Positions 1 to 8,474 of a stretch of DNA of 64,000 nucleotides are shown one piece after another. The position numbers and the translations under genes were made by a program. This DNA is from Pseudomonadota bacterium (GTDB taxonomy: Bacteria; Bdellovibrionota; FAC87; UBA2466), in NCBI GenBank assembly GCA_043718025.1, contig JAYSWN010000020.1, positions 1 through 64,000 of the forward strand, given 5' to 3'. The notes beneath the pieces are model-generated. The model saw only the letters and a program-made list of their open reading frames with translations, was not told the DNA's origin and searched no databases. Numbering within the stretch: position 1 is the first letter of the stretch; every line of letters begins with the position of its first letter.

Positions 1-5
1 TACAT
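1..5 (-). CDS. 5' end of a gene running off the left edge (product unknown)
   Basis: Minus strand reads CAAAGGAGACCACCC-ATG-TA: a strong SD (AAGGAG) correctly spaced before an ATG at 5..3. Confidence 0.5.
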
Positions 6-145
6 GGGTGGTCTCCTTTGCTTGTTTGTTGTCTCGCAACTACAAACAACGCATCGGAGTTTCGTAACTCCAGGGCGACCACCTTTTCCAATTTACCGAA
101 GCCGAAGGCTGAAGCAACCTTAGGCCACCTTATCGGCGCCGGTAG

Positions 146-210
146 CCTCTTCGCCTCCTCCGCAATGTCCGCGAGTTCTTATACGTGCCAGCGTCGTCCG
201 GATCCGCAAG
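146..210 (-). repeat. Bipartite intergenic repeat, copy A
   Basis: Minus strand CTTGCGGATCCGGACGACGCT-N26-GCGGAGGAGGCGAAGAGG; matches copies at 346-411 and 9071-9126. Confidence 0.8.
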
Positions 211-345
211 TCGGCTTCTGCTTAATGGCTGATGGCCGGGCGGCGTTGGCCATAAATTCGCCGGGCTTTGCCCCCGCTTGAGCAACTCCGAGCAAACATT
301 GCTGAAATCGCCGGCTACTAATCGTGCTGTAATTCTTGAAACGCC

Positions 346-411
346 CTTGCGAATCCGGACGACCCTCGGCCGCCCGATATGCTACGGACTACCGCGGAGA
401 AGGCGAAGAGG
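346..411 (+). repeat. Bipartite intergenic repeat, copy B (inverted relative to copy A)
   Basis: CTTGCGAATCCGGACGACCCT-N27-GCGGAGAAGGCGAAGAGG. Confidence 0.8.
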
Positions 412-522
412 TATCCCCCGAGATTCCCGGTGAATCCCGGCAAATTAACGCAATCCTTGCCGCCTCTTTCGCCTTGCCTTAAAATTCAGGTGCATAAAAA
501 ATCCCATTGGAGGCACCTTAGA

Positions 523-1296
523 ATGTCGAATTTTAAAGTTTTTGCCCTTGCTGCATCCACGCTATTGGTGGCGGCCTGCACCCCATCCGTTAGCCAGATG
601 AAAAAATTAATTACGGACAATCCCGAGATCATCACCGAAGCCATGGATAAAAATCCGGGCAAGTTCGGCGAAGCTATTCAGAAGGCGGCTTTCGAAGCTC
701 GCCGTCAGGCTCAGGCAAAGCAAGAAGAAGACAAGAAAAAGGAGATGGAAGAGCAGTACAAGAATCCGAAGAAAGTATCGATAGAAAACCGTCCGCTGCG
801 TGGCGATAAAGCCGCCCCAATGGTGTTGGTGGTTTACTCTGACTTTCAATGCCCTTATTGCCAGCGTGGCGCCGCCACCGTGGAAGAGCTAACGAATAAG
901 TTTGGCCAAAAGCTGCAGGTGGTGTTCAAGCATCTGCCTCTGGATTTCCATCCTCTGGCGATGCCCGCCGCAAAACGCTTTGAAGCCATCGCCAAACAGA
1001 GCGCAAAAAAGGCTTGGGAATATCATGATCTGTTGTTCAAAAATCAGCAGCGAATGTCGGAAGGCGAAAAGTTCTTAGACGACGCGGCCAAAAAAGCCGG
1101 AGCTAATATGGCGCAGATGAAGAAAGACATGGAATCTGACGGCATTAAAAAGATTATTGAAGCCGACATGAAAGAGGCGGGAGAGCTGGGCATTCGCGGC
1201 ACGCCCGGATTCTTAATGAACGGCGTGGTGGTGCACGGCGCATTACCGGCCCAAGCCTTTGACGAAATAGTGCAGAAGCGCCCTACGTATAATTAA
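523..1296 (+). CDS. DsbA/DsbG-family thioredoxin-fold thiol-disulfide oxidoreductase, lipoprotein
   Basis: YSDFQCPYC active site, FKHLPL, cis-Pro GTPGF; lipobox LVAAC; GGAGG SD before ATG 523 (the ORF-track start at 379 is too early). Confidence 0.9.
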   Translation: MSNFKVFALAASTLLVAACTPSVSQMKKLITDNPEIITEAMDKNPGKFGEAIQKAAFEARRQAQAKQEEDKKKEMEEQYKNPKKVSIENRPLRGDKAAPMVLVVYSDFQCPYCQRGAATVEELTNKFGQKLQVVFKHLPLDFHPLAMPAAKRFEAIAKQSAKKAWEYHDLLFKNQQRMSEGEKFLDDAAKKAGANMAQMKKDMESDGIKKIIEADMKEAGELGIRGTPGFLMNGVVVHGALPAQAFDEIVQKRPTYN

Positions 1297-1311
1297 ATTC
1301 TGTAGTGTGAA

Positions 1312-3201
1312 TCAGATCGTGGGGTGGGCAATTTTGTCCGCCCCTTTTTTTTGCCCAAAGGATCGCGCCACAGATTCTGTTGGGGTGCCGCTTGCGCCGC
1401 GCAAGACTCCGCCTAACCAGTCCAAAGAACCTAACGAGGCCGCCCGACCCAAATTACCGCCGTGCTGTCCGGGGTTGGTGACCAAAATAGTCGAAGTGGC
1501 GCCAATCACCTTTGGTTCATTTCCGATGCAGGCCACTTGCGGGCCGCCCGAATCGCCTTGAATGACTCTTTGGCCGGCGTTTCCTTGGCTCGTCAGTGAA
1601 AAGCCTCCAAACTCCCCTTGATTCGTAGGCAGGTAGCCACGGGCAAATAGAAAATTGGGCTGACCACTTTGAACATTAACATTTCGGTTTCGAGCAATCA
1701 TTACTGCGGCGTGGTTAATTAATGCGTCGGTGGCCTCGGGATTCGTGGCCGGTTTAATGTACCGAACGTTGGCGGCACTCTCACAGCTCATTACCGTCCG
1801 AATTACCGCGACGTCATCCCCACCGGTGACCGAGGGGTTGTAATTTGCGACCAAAATCTGGGCGTGAGAAATGGGCTCATTCACTCCGCGAATAGATAAG
1901 CTCTCAAGATCGCCCGGTTCAATACAATGTTTGGCGGTCAAGTAGTCCACTTCACATTTGTCTTCGAGCCCTTTTTGTTTTGAGTGTTTGGGGTTACTCC
2001 GACTCTCGATCGGATTTTCAGAAACGGCGGTGCTTGAGCAATGCGTTTGGCTGCCCGGTTTACTGGTGAAACTCAAAATCAACTCAGCATTCTGTACCGA
2101 ATTCTCAAGGCATTGCCTTTCCTCCGCGTTGAGAGCCTGCGGGCTAAACGCATCAATCGCATTGCTAAAGGGAAAGGACGATCCTCGATCGACTTGGTTG
2201 CCTTGCAGCAGGCCAGCGTTTCCACCGCTACCGCCACGGCCACCGTTACCGGGGGCCGATCCGAGGTTGGCAAAAGGCATTAATCGCTTCAGTGGGGCGA
2301 CGCCTTCGTTACGGTCAAACGGGCGCTGGGGAATTTTTGCCTCAAAACGATTGAAAAAATCTTCCACCGTTTTGAGACCACCGCGATCGACCGGGTTCAA
2401 ATTTTTAGCAAAACCGCGGTACAACTGCCGCAACGTTTCGTTAGCTGAAATACCGCCGTCTTGTTGCACCACCGTTGGGGCAAGGCTCGCATTTAACTCC
2501 AACAGTCCGGCCGGGGTCAGCACCAATTTCTTTTTCTTCAAGGCTTTAGACAAGTCAGCGAAGGTGGGTAGGCGATCGATATTCTTTTCTTTAAATTGAC
2601 CTTTTAATGCTTCGTTAATTTTTCTAGTCAACGGGGTACCTTCGCCGGCCAAAACTAAAGCCTCGCGCGGGAGAACCGCTAATTTGCGACGAGCCAATTT
2701 ACTCAAGATCTGTTCGGTGGTGAGTTTGGGTTCTAGCGTTTTTTCGGTTTCCACATCTACGACCACCGCCAACTTACCCATCAACTCTAATTCGGGAGCG
2801 TCTTTAGTCTCGAGTAAAAGTCTTTCAACCTGCGAAAGTTCACCAACCGTCAGCGCCTTTTTGTTTTTGAGTTTTTCTAACTTTGGCTCTTTAGCGATTA
2901 AGTCTCGCAGTAGTTTTTCCACTTCGGGGAAATCTTTAAGCGCTTTCACGTCGCTGGTTTCTTCGGCGGTATTTTGGAGCACCAGCATCGCGCGACGCAG
3001 CAGCATGGCTTCCAAGGAGTAATTTTTCACCAGGGCGGGATCGCTCATCCCGGTCTGAAATCTTTCGAGATTTGGGCGAAACTTCGGAGCCAAGTCATCC
3101 AGTAAATTATCGCCTTGCAACGGCATAGGTTCGGCCCAGGCTTTCATACCGAGGAGCAGAATTCCGGCAATGGCAATGGTGAGATAGCGTTTGGCCAACA
3201 T
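1312..3201 (-). CDS. Secreted protein with C-terminal trypsin-like (S1) serine protease domain and a long uncharacterised N-terminal region
   Basis: Signal peptide MLAKRYLTIAIAGILLLGMKAWA; triad motifs LTAKHC, DDVAV, QGDSGGP; Gly-rich linker. The start could alternatively be GTG 3210. Confidence 0.8.
   Translation of the reverse strand: MLAKRYLTIAIAGILLLGMKAWAEPMPLQGDNLLDDLAPKFRPNLERFQTGMSDPALVKNYSLEAMLLRRAMLVLQNTAEETSDVKALKDFPEVEKLLRDLIAKEPKLEKLKNKKALTVGELSQVERLLLETKDAPELELMGKLAVVVDVETEKTLEPKLTTEQILSKLARRKLAVLPREALVLAGEGTPLTRKINEALKGQFKEKNIDRLPTFADLSKALKKKKLVLTPAGLLELNASLAPTVVQQDGGISANETLRQLYRGFAKNLNPVDRGGLKTVEDFFNRFEAKIPQRPFDRNEGVAPLKRLMPFANLGSAPGNGGRGGSGGNAGLLQGNQVDRGSSFPFSNAIDAFSPQALNAEERQCLENSVQNAELILSFTSKPGSQTHCSSTAVSENPIESRSNPKHSKQKGLEDKCEVDYLTAKHCIEPGDLESLSIRGVNEPISHAQILVANYNPSVTGGDDVAVIRTVMSCESAANVRYIKPATNPEATDALINHAAVMIARNRNVNVQSGQPNFLFARGYLPTNQGEFGGFSLTSQGNAGQRVIQGDSGGPQVACIGNEPKVIGATSTILVTNPGQHGGNLGRAASLGSLDWLGGVLRGASGTPTESVARSFGQKKGADKIAHPTI
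1321..1352 (+). terminator. Rho-independent terminator for the DsbA gene
   Basis: GGGGTGGGCA-ATTT-TGTCCGCCCC 10-bp stem (2 G-U) followed by T8, 25 nt after the stop codon. Confidence 0.75.
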
Positions 3202-3216
3202 ACAACTCACTCAAAT

Positions 3217-3232
3217 TGCAAAGGAAGGACCA
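3217..3232 (-). promoter_or_regulatory. Candidate sigma-54 (-24/-12) promoter of the protease gene
   Basis: Minus strand TGGTCCTTCCTTTGCA has the GG-N10-GC spacing and TTGCA, about 15 nt upstream of the ATG. Confidence 0.4.
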
Positions 3233-3294
3233 GCCCCGGTTTTGAAAAAACCTGGTTTTGGTTAGTAAAATCGAACACTTAAAATAAACCGGCA

Positions 3295-4025
3295 GGCTTC
3301 ACCCGCGGTCAGAATACGCCTTAAAGCTGAGCACTTTGCAGCTCTCTGGCCGTATTCCAGTTGGCGTCAGCCTACGGCTGCGACTCTCTATGATGATTAG
3401 TGGAAGGGGGGGCGTGGCGTCTTTGCTCTCACGCTGCTCGAGGGGGTGGGGCGGCGCTTGCACCCGGGCGTGATTCAGGCGGGCAGTGCAAGGCCGGGCG
3501 TTGGCGGTGTTTCAAGTCGTGCCTTCACCCGCTTTACCTTTTTGTCTTAATCGCTACAACCTCACTTCGGGGCTAGTGCTATTTAGCGGGGGCTAGCCAA
3601 GCGAACTAAATTAAAAGCGTTCCACCCGTTTTCGGAGTTTTTTTTAAACTTTTCTTTCCGGAAAAAGGAGATAAAAAAAATTCAGAGGCATTTCAAAGCC
3701 AGGAAATTTCCATAGGAAACAACCCACTCGACTCGAAGCCTCGCGCAAAAAAGAACCTCCGACGATGACTATAAGACAAGGGAGGGGAACCCAGTGAAAG
3801 GGGTCGTGGCACAATAAGTTTCGCCTCCACGGTACAGCACAACTCGGCAGCACCAGGGTGAAAAGCTAGAGCCTTCCCTTAAGTGAAACGCTAAGAAAAC
3901 CTCCACGCTCCCCACACATCGCCATTTCCACAAGATACTATTTGACGCCCTTTTTCTACAAAATTGAATGCCGAACTCTGCTCCGAGACGTGGCGGTTTT
4001 AACCACCCGCGCAGACGTTAAAGCC
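3295..4025. repeat. ~730-bp degenerate inverted repeat (rod-like hairpin; ncRNA or element-end candidate)
   Basis: Ten complementary blocks share one symmetry axis at ~3660 (coordinate sums 7318-7323), centred on TTTCCGGAAA at 3655-3664. Confidence 0.75.
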
Positions 4026-4146
4026 CCCTCCAGGGCACGGATTGATTACTCTTCGAGGCGCGGTTAGGGCTACGGATAGCCAATCACTCACCGCGGAACG
4101 TGGACGAGAAAAAGGCTCACAAAAAACTCATGGTACTAATTTGTTC

Positions 4147-5079
4147 ATGACGACCACCGCTCAAATCCTAGATGCAAAAGCGAAACAACTGGCAAAAACT
4201 CTTCTTCACACCGAGGGGCTTGTGCTCTCAACCCTTATGGAGATGAGTCGAGCGCGGGTCTTTGCGGAGTTAAATCACTCAGGCGTGTTTGATTACTGCC
4301 TTCGCGCATTGGGCATGAGTAAAGAACAGTCTTACTATTTTAAGAAAGTGGCCGAGGTTTCGATGCATGTGCCGGAACTCAAGGCAGCCATTGTTCAGGG
4401 TGAACTATCTCTCTCTTCGGCTCGCCGCATCGCCCCTATTCTCAATGCGGCAAACCAGGCTGAGTGGATTACCAAGGCTAAGGAGTTGAAACAGAGTGAG
4501 CTTGAAAAGGCGGTGAGCGAAGTGAACCCGCAGGCTCACCCTCGAGATCGGATAAGACCCGTAGCCAAAAACGTATCGGAGCTTCGGGTAGCTATCGATG
4601 ACGTAACGGATGGTAATCTCACCGTGCTCAAAGACCTGCTCTCTTCCAAGCTAAGACGCCCGGCAACGTTGGCCGATGTAATTGCGTGGGCCGCGAAAGA
4701 GACTAGAGAGCGGCATGACCCTGAGGCTAAGGCCAAGCGGGCAAGAAGAGTTTCTCCAGGAAAACCCGAAACACAGGATTTGCTGAGGGCTAACGCCTCA
4801 ATCAACGTTCGGACTCCAGCCGCCGTTATTGGAGCAATGCTAAGGAAACCGCAACGGCTGCCAATCCCCGCCGCCGTTCGTCACGCGGTAGTGCGCCGGC
4901 AAGGAGCGCAGTGTTCTTACGTTTCCCAAGACAACCGGCGTTGTGACCAGAAAAAATGGCTGGATTTGCATCATCGTATTGCGGTGGCACAGGGCGGGCT
5001 TAACCAACTCGAGAATCTAGCGTTTCTTTGTCACCGTCACCACCACGCGCTGCATGGAGCGAAACACTCGCCGTCATAA
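4147..5079 (+). CDS. HNH endonuclease with DUF222-like helical N-terminal region
   Basis: C-terminal IPAAVRHAV..QCSY....RC....LDLHHRIAVAQGG.NQLENLAFLCHRHH; N-terminal FDYC...LGMS...PEL...IVQGELSLS pattern. ATG 4147 preferred over TTG 4042. Confidence 0.85.
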   Translation: MTTTAQILDAKAKQLAKTLLHTEGLVLSTLMEMSRARVFAELNHSGVFDYCLRALGMSKEQSYYFKKVAEVSMHVPELKAAIVQGELSLSSARRIAPILNAANQAEWITKAKELKQSELEKAVSEVNPQAHPRDRIRPVAKNVSELRVAIDDVTDGNLTVLKDLLSSKLRRPATLADVIAWAAKETRERHDPEAKAKRARRVSPGKPETQDLLRANASINVRTPAAVIGAMLRKPQRLPIPAAVRHAVVRRQGAQCSYVSQDNRRCDQKKWLDLHHRIAVAQGGLNQLENLAFLCHRHHHALHGAKHSPS

Positions 5080-5083
5080 AGAA

Positions 5084-6016
5084 TCACGGTTGCGTGAGGG
5101 AAGCCGTAGTGAGCAGCCAGAACGCCGATCCACGGCTGGTGCTAGGTAAGCCTAAGGCCGACCACAGGGGGGTTAGTTTTCGCGCCAGAGATTCCTCAAC
5201 GCCAAAATAGAACATCGGCGCAATCACCCGCGTGTTTCCGCCGCCGCCCAGCAAAAAGGCGGAGAGCAGGTACTGCTCAGAGTAATAACGCTCGGCAACC
5301 TCATTAGGGTAGTCCCACGGAATATTGATGTCGTGAAAACCAACGGCGATGCCCGGCTTTAAACGGGGAAGCACGTCTAAAAATGAAACCGTTACGTCTG
5401 AATTCATAAACGAGCGGTGGGAGTTATCGATAAAGAGCACGTCGCCCGCTTCCAGCTCATCGAAGATTGTTAGGTCCACCGACTCCAGCGGTTGCCGTAG
5501 ACAACGATCGGCCAAGGCGTCGATCTCGGCGCGCGGCTCAGGGTCAATCGAAGTGATTTTAGTCTCCAGCGACCACCGCTTGATTGCCCAATGCACGAAC
5601 TTGGTGGAATTTCCCGAACCCACTTCAAAGTAACGCTTCGGTTTTTGCTGTTTCACGATTGAAAGTAGCGAAATGGCGTCCAGCGGCGGCAGCATCGGGT
5701 TTTGCCAAGCAGGCAAATCGGGACGATTCGCCGCAGAGACATGCGGAATCGCTTTTAATTCAGCGGCCAGGTCCACCAAAAGAGCAATCTGCTTTTCGTA
5801 TTCGTAATGATGGCGGCGCAAAATTGTGGTCAATCCCGAGTGCGGCGGCTTACCATAACCGTAACGTGCTTGCGACTCGAAGCGATACTCCAAAAAAATT
5901 GGATAGCGCTGCCCACGTAACATTAAAAACCAATTGCGTAAGCGGGGATGATTTTCTAAAAAGGTCCACAGAAACCATGCCCAGAGTCTTCGCCAGGGCC
6001 TTAAGATTGCGGTCAT
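5084..6016 (-). CDS. Class I SAM-dependent methyltransferase (Methyltransf_24-like)
   Basis: FEVGSGNST, SIDPEP, LFIDNSH, FHDI motifs. Confidence 0.85.
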   Translation of the reverse strand: MTAILRPWRRLWAWFLWTFLENHPRLRNWFLMLRGQRYPIFLEYRFESQARYGYGKPPHSGLTTILRRHHYEYEKQIALLVDLAAELKAIPHVSAANRPDLPAWQNPMLPPLDAISLLSIVKQQKPKRYFEVGSGNSTKFVHWAIKRWSLETKITSIDPEPRAEIDALADRCLRQPLESVDLTIFDELEAGDVLFIDNSHRSFMNSDVTVSFLDVLPRLKPGIAVGFHDINIPWDYPNEVAERYYSEQYLLSAFLLGGGGNTRVIAPMFYFGVEESLARKLTPLWSALGLPSTSRGSAFWLLTTASLTQP

Positions 6017-6024
6017 CGGTTCCC

Positions 6025-8001
6025 CTACATTTTAATAAATTGGCGGTATTGCGTAACCCAAGACTGAAACATGAGTACGGTCCACAGTGCATGCTGGTGG
6101 TTAGCCAGACCATCACGGTGATCGCACCAGGCTTTGCGAACCACGGCCGCACTCAGAAGGGCCTCGCCCTCTAGTCGATCTTCGCGCAGCAGGTCTTCGG
6201 CCCAGTCTTTAAGCTCGCCTCTCAACCAGTGCTCCACGGGTAGCGAAAAACCCTTTTTGGGGCGCTCGATGAGGGCGCGCGGCACGTGTTTGTCGAGCAC
6301 TTGCCGCATCAAATACTTGGTAACGCCACCGTGCAATTTCCACTCTTTGGGAAAAGACCACGCCAGTTCCACCACCCGGTGGTCCAACAAGGGCACCCGC
6401 ACTTCTAACCCCACCGCCATGCTGGCCCGGTCCACTTTGGTCAGCACGTCGTCACACAGGTAAGTGGCTTGATCCCAGTACATCATTTGATCGATCAGGT
6501 GCTTGGCCTGGGGGGGGATTTCGGCGGCGCGACCGCCGGGCCACACTTCGGTCTTTCCAATCACGTCGCGGGGCGACGGCCACTGGGTGACCAGTGTTCG
6601 GTAAACTTCACGGGGGTTGGTCTCTTTAATCAGCTCGGACAATTTGCGAATTTTTTCTTCCGGGTTGTTGCCGGTGGTGATGCTGGGAAACAGCTCTTTT
6701 GTCGTATCCAACGCGGTTTTCCAAAAGCGCGAGGGAATCGCGTCCAGCCCCTGCCCCATCAAACTGCGGAGTGGGGCGGGAATGAGCGAGGTAAAGTCCG
6801 AAACCTTTTCTCCCCAGGCATAGCGCGGGTAACCGGCAAAGAGTTCATCGCCGCCATCTCCCGAAAGCGCTACCGTCACCGACTGCCGCGCACACCGACT
6901 CACCAAATGGGTGGGAATTTGCGAAGCGTCCCCCAATGGCTCATCAAAGACTTGCGACAGCGTAGGAATTAAATCCAAAGTTTCGCGGGCGTTGAGCTTT
7001 TGCGCGTGGTGATCGGTTCTTAAATGCGCCGCCACGGCCGCGGCATAGGTAGACTCATCGTACTCGGCCTCTTCGAAACCAATCGTAAACGTTTTCACGG
7101 GTGAAGTGCTCTGCTTTTGCATCAACGCCACGATGAGTGATGAGTCGATGCCTCCCGATAAGAACGCCCCCAGAGGAACGTCCGAAAGACGGCGCTTTTG
7201 AATTGAATCACTAAGCAGCGTTTCAAAGGTAGCCTCCGCGTCACGCATCGTCCCCGCAAAAGGGTTCGATAAACCGTGCGCCGCGGCCTGGGCCAGCGAC
7301 CAAAATTCGCCTTCTTTTATTTGAAACTGACGATCGATACGTAACCAGCGGCCCGGCGTGAGTTTCTTAATTTCACGGAAGACCGAATAGGGGGTGGGGA
7401 TATACCCGTAGCGAAAAAGTAAGGCGAGCGCTTCGTAGTCCAACGTGCCGCGAAAACCAGGCGTCGCGAAGAGCGCCTTCAGCTCGGAAGCAAAAAGAAA
7501 CTTTCCGTCGACCACGCCGTAGTAAAGCGGCTTTTCGCCCATGCGATCGCGCGCTAAGAGCAGTTGTTGGGTCTCTCTATCCCAAACGGCCAGCGCGAAC
7601 ATGCCGTTGGCCTTTTTCAACGTCGCTTCGATACCCCACACTTCAAAGCCCGCAAGCAGCACTTCGGTGTCGGAGTGGCCGCGAAAGGCGGATGAGAATT
7701 TTCCGGAAGTTTCGAGTTCTTTCTTGAGCTCCAGGTAGTTGTAGATTTCGCCGTTCAACTCCAACGTGTAGCGACCGCGGCTTGAGTCCATGGGCTGCCG
7801 ACCGTTTGTCGATAGGTCCAAGATTGCCAACCTTCGAAAAGAAAAGGCGACTCCTGCCTTAGGCTCTTGCCACACCAAAAAGTCATCGGGCCCGCGGTGG
7901 GCCAAGGCTTCGCCCATTTTCATGGCGATGGCCTCGCGCTCAGAATTAGGAAAGGCGTTGACGCCGTCGGGAGGGGAGAAAAAGCCTGCTATGCCGCACA
8001 T
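6025..8001 (-). CDS. asnB: Asparagine synthase (glutamine-hydrolysing)-family amidotransferase, glycan-locus type
   Basis: N-terminal MCGIAG (Ntn Cys), HRGPD, NGEIYN, LSGGIDSS, SGDGGDELF, KKGF. Confidence 0.93.
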   Translation of the reverse strand: MCGIAGFFSPPDGVNAFPNSEREAIAMKMGEALAHRGPDDFLVWQEPKAGVAFSFRRLAILDLSTNGRQPMDSSRGRYTLELNGEIYNYLELKKELETSGKFSSAFRGHSDTEVLLAGFEVWGIEATLKKANGMFALAVWDRETQQLLLARDRMGEKPLYYGVVDGKFLFASELKALFATPGFRGTLDYEALALLFRYGYIPTPYSVFREIKKLTPGRWLRIDRQFQIKEGEFWSLAQAAAHGLSNPFAGTMRDAEATFETLLSDSIQKRRLSDVPLGAFLSGGIDSSLIVALMQKQSTSPVKTFTIGFEEAEYDESTYAAAVAAHLRTDHHAQKLNARETLDLIPTLSQVFDEPLGDASQIPTHLVSRCARQSVTVALSGDGGDELFAGYPRYAWGEKVSDFTSLIPAPLRSLMGQGLDAIPSRFWKTALDTTKELFPSITTGNNPEEKIRKLSELIKETNPREVYRTLVTQWPSPRDVIGKTEVWPGGRAAEIPPQAKHLIDQMMYWDQATYLCDDVLTKVDRASMAVGLEVRVPLLDHRVVELAWSFPKEWKLHGGVTKYLMRQVLDKHVPRALIERPKKGFSLPVEHWLRGELKDWAEDLLREDRLEGEALLSAAVVRKAWCDHRDGLANHQHALWTVLMFQSWVTQYRQFIKM

Positions 8002-8048
8002 CTGGCAATTATACCCGTTCCGCGAAAAAGACTGGGCCATGATACAAT
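8002..8048. promoter_or_regulatory. Back-to-back -10 elements between asnB and the Tat lipoprotein gene
   Basis: Minus-strand TATAAT (8013-8008) 6 nt before the asnB ATG; plus-strand extended -10 TGaTACAAT (8040-8048). Confidence 0.55.
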
Positions 8049-8070
8049 TTTTCCAACTTGGGGGGTCACC

Positions 8071-8415
8071 ATGAACCGACGCGAATTCTTGGGTAGAGCG
8101 GCAAAAACTGCGGCGGGCCTGTCGGCTTTGCGCTTTTTGGTGAGCTGCGGCAAAGCCGCCGCGATAGCCGCCGCCACCGGCGATCTAACGATCACCTCAT
8201 CCACTGACTCAGGCCACTCGCACTCTTTTACCCTTACCGCGGCCGAGCTTGCGGCCGGTGCGGCGCTGAGCAAGGCGGATAGCAATTCTCGACACACTCA
8301 CCTGGTTACCGTCAGCGCTCTCCAAATCGCTTCAATCGTCGCCGGTGGCACGGTTACGGTCACAGGTGCCGATAGCGGCGGGCACACTCATACTTACACT
8401 TTAAAGAAGGCTTGA
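8071..8415 (+). CDS. Small Tat-exported lipoprotein with three HxH motifs (putative metal binding)
   Basis: MNRREFL twin-arginine motif, LVSC lipobox, DSGHSH / SRHTH / GGHTH. Confidence 0.75.
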   Translation: MNRREFLGRAAKTAAGLSALRFLVSCGKAAAIAAATGDLTITSSTDSGHSHSFTLTAAELAAGAALSKADSNSRHTHLVTVSALQIASIVAGGTVTVTGADSGGHTHTYTLKKA

Positions 8416-8474
8416 GAACGTTGCCGGCAAAGGCTTTGCAGCCAATAAACTAAGATTGCAGAGAGACCAAACGC

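Noticed and set aside
18..281. 87-aa plus-strand ORF, and the 48-codon N-terminal extension of the DsbA ORF (379-522)
   Set aside because: Both overlap the repeat copies and lack an SD or protein-like features; DsbA has its SD and lipoprotein signal at 523.
2222..2236. GGCGGTAG ops/JUMPstart-like sequence on the minus strand
   Set aside because: It encodes the Gly-Gly-Ser linker inside the protease, not a glycan-operon leader.
3644..3853. 69-aa minus-strand ORF inside the long palindrome
   Set aside because: Crosses poly-A/T tracts, with no SD or recognisable motif; better explained as non-coding.
4147..5079. IscB/Cas9-like or IS transposase assignment for the HNH protein
   Set aside because: No RuvC, PLMP or DDE motifs, terminal inverted repeats or target duplication seen.
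6510..6517. G8 tract in asnB (also G8 at 27340-27347 and G7 runs elsewhere) as phase-variation sites
   Set aside because: The runs are short, the frames are intact, and variation cannot be judged without reads.
8425..8440. GG-N10-GC sigma-54-like site upstream of gmhA
   Set aside because: Spacing fits but the match is short and lacks the TGGCAC consensus; could be chance.
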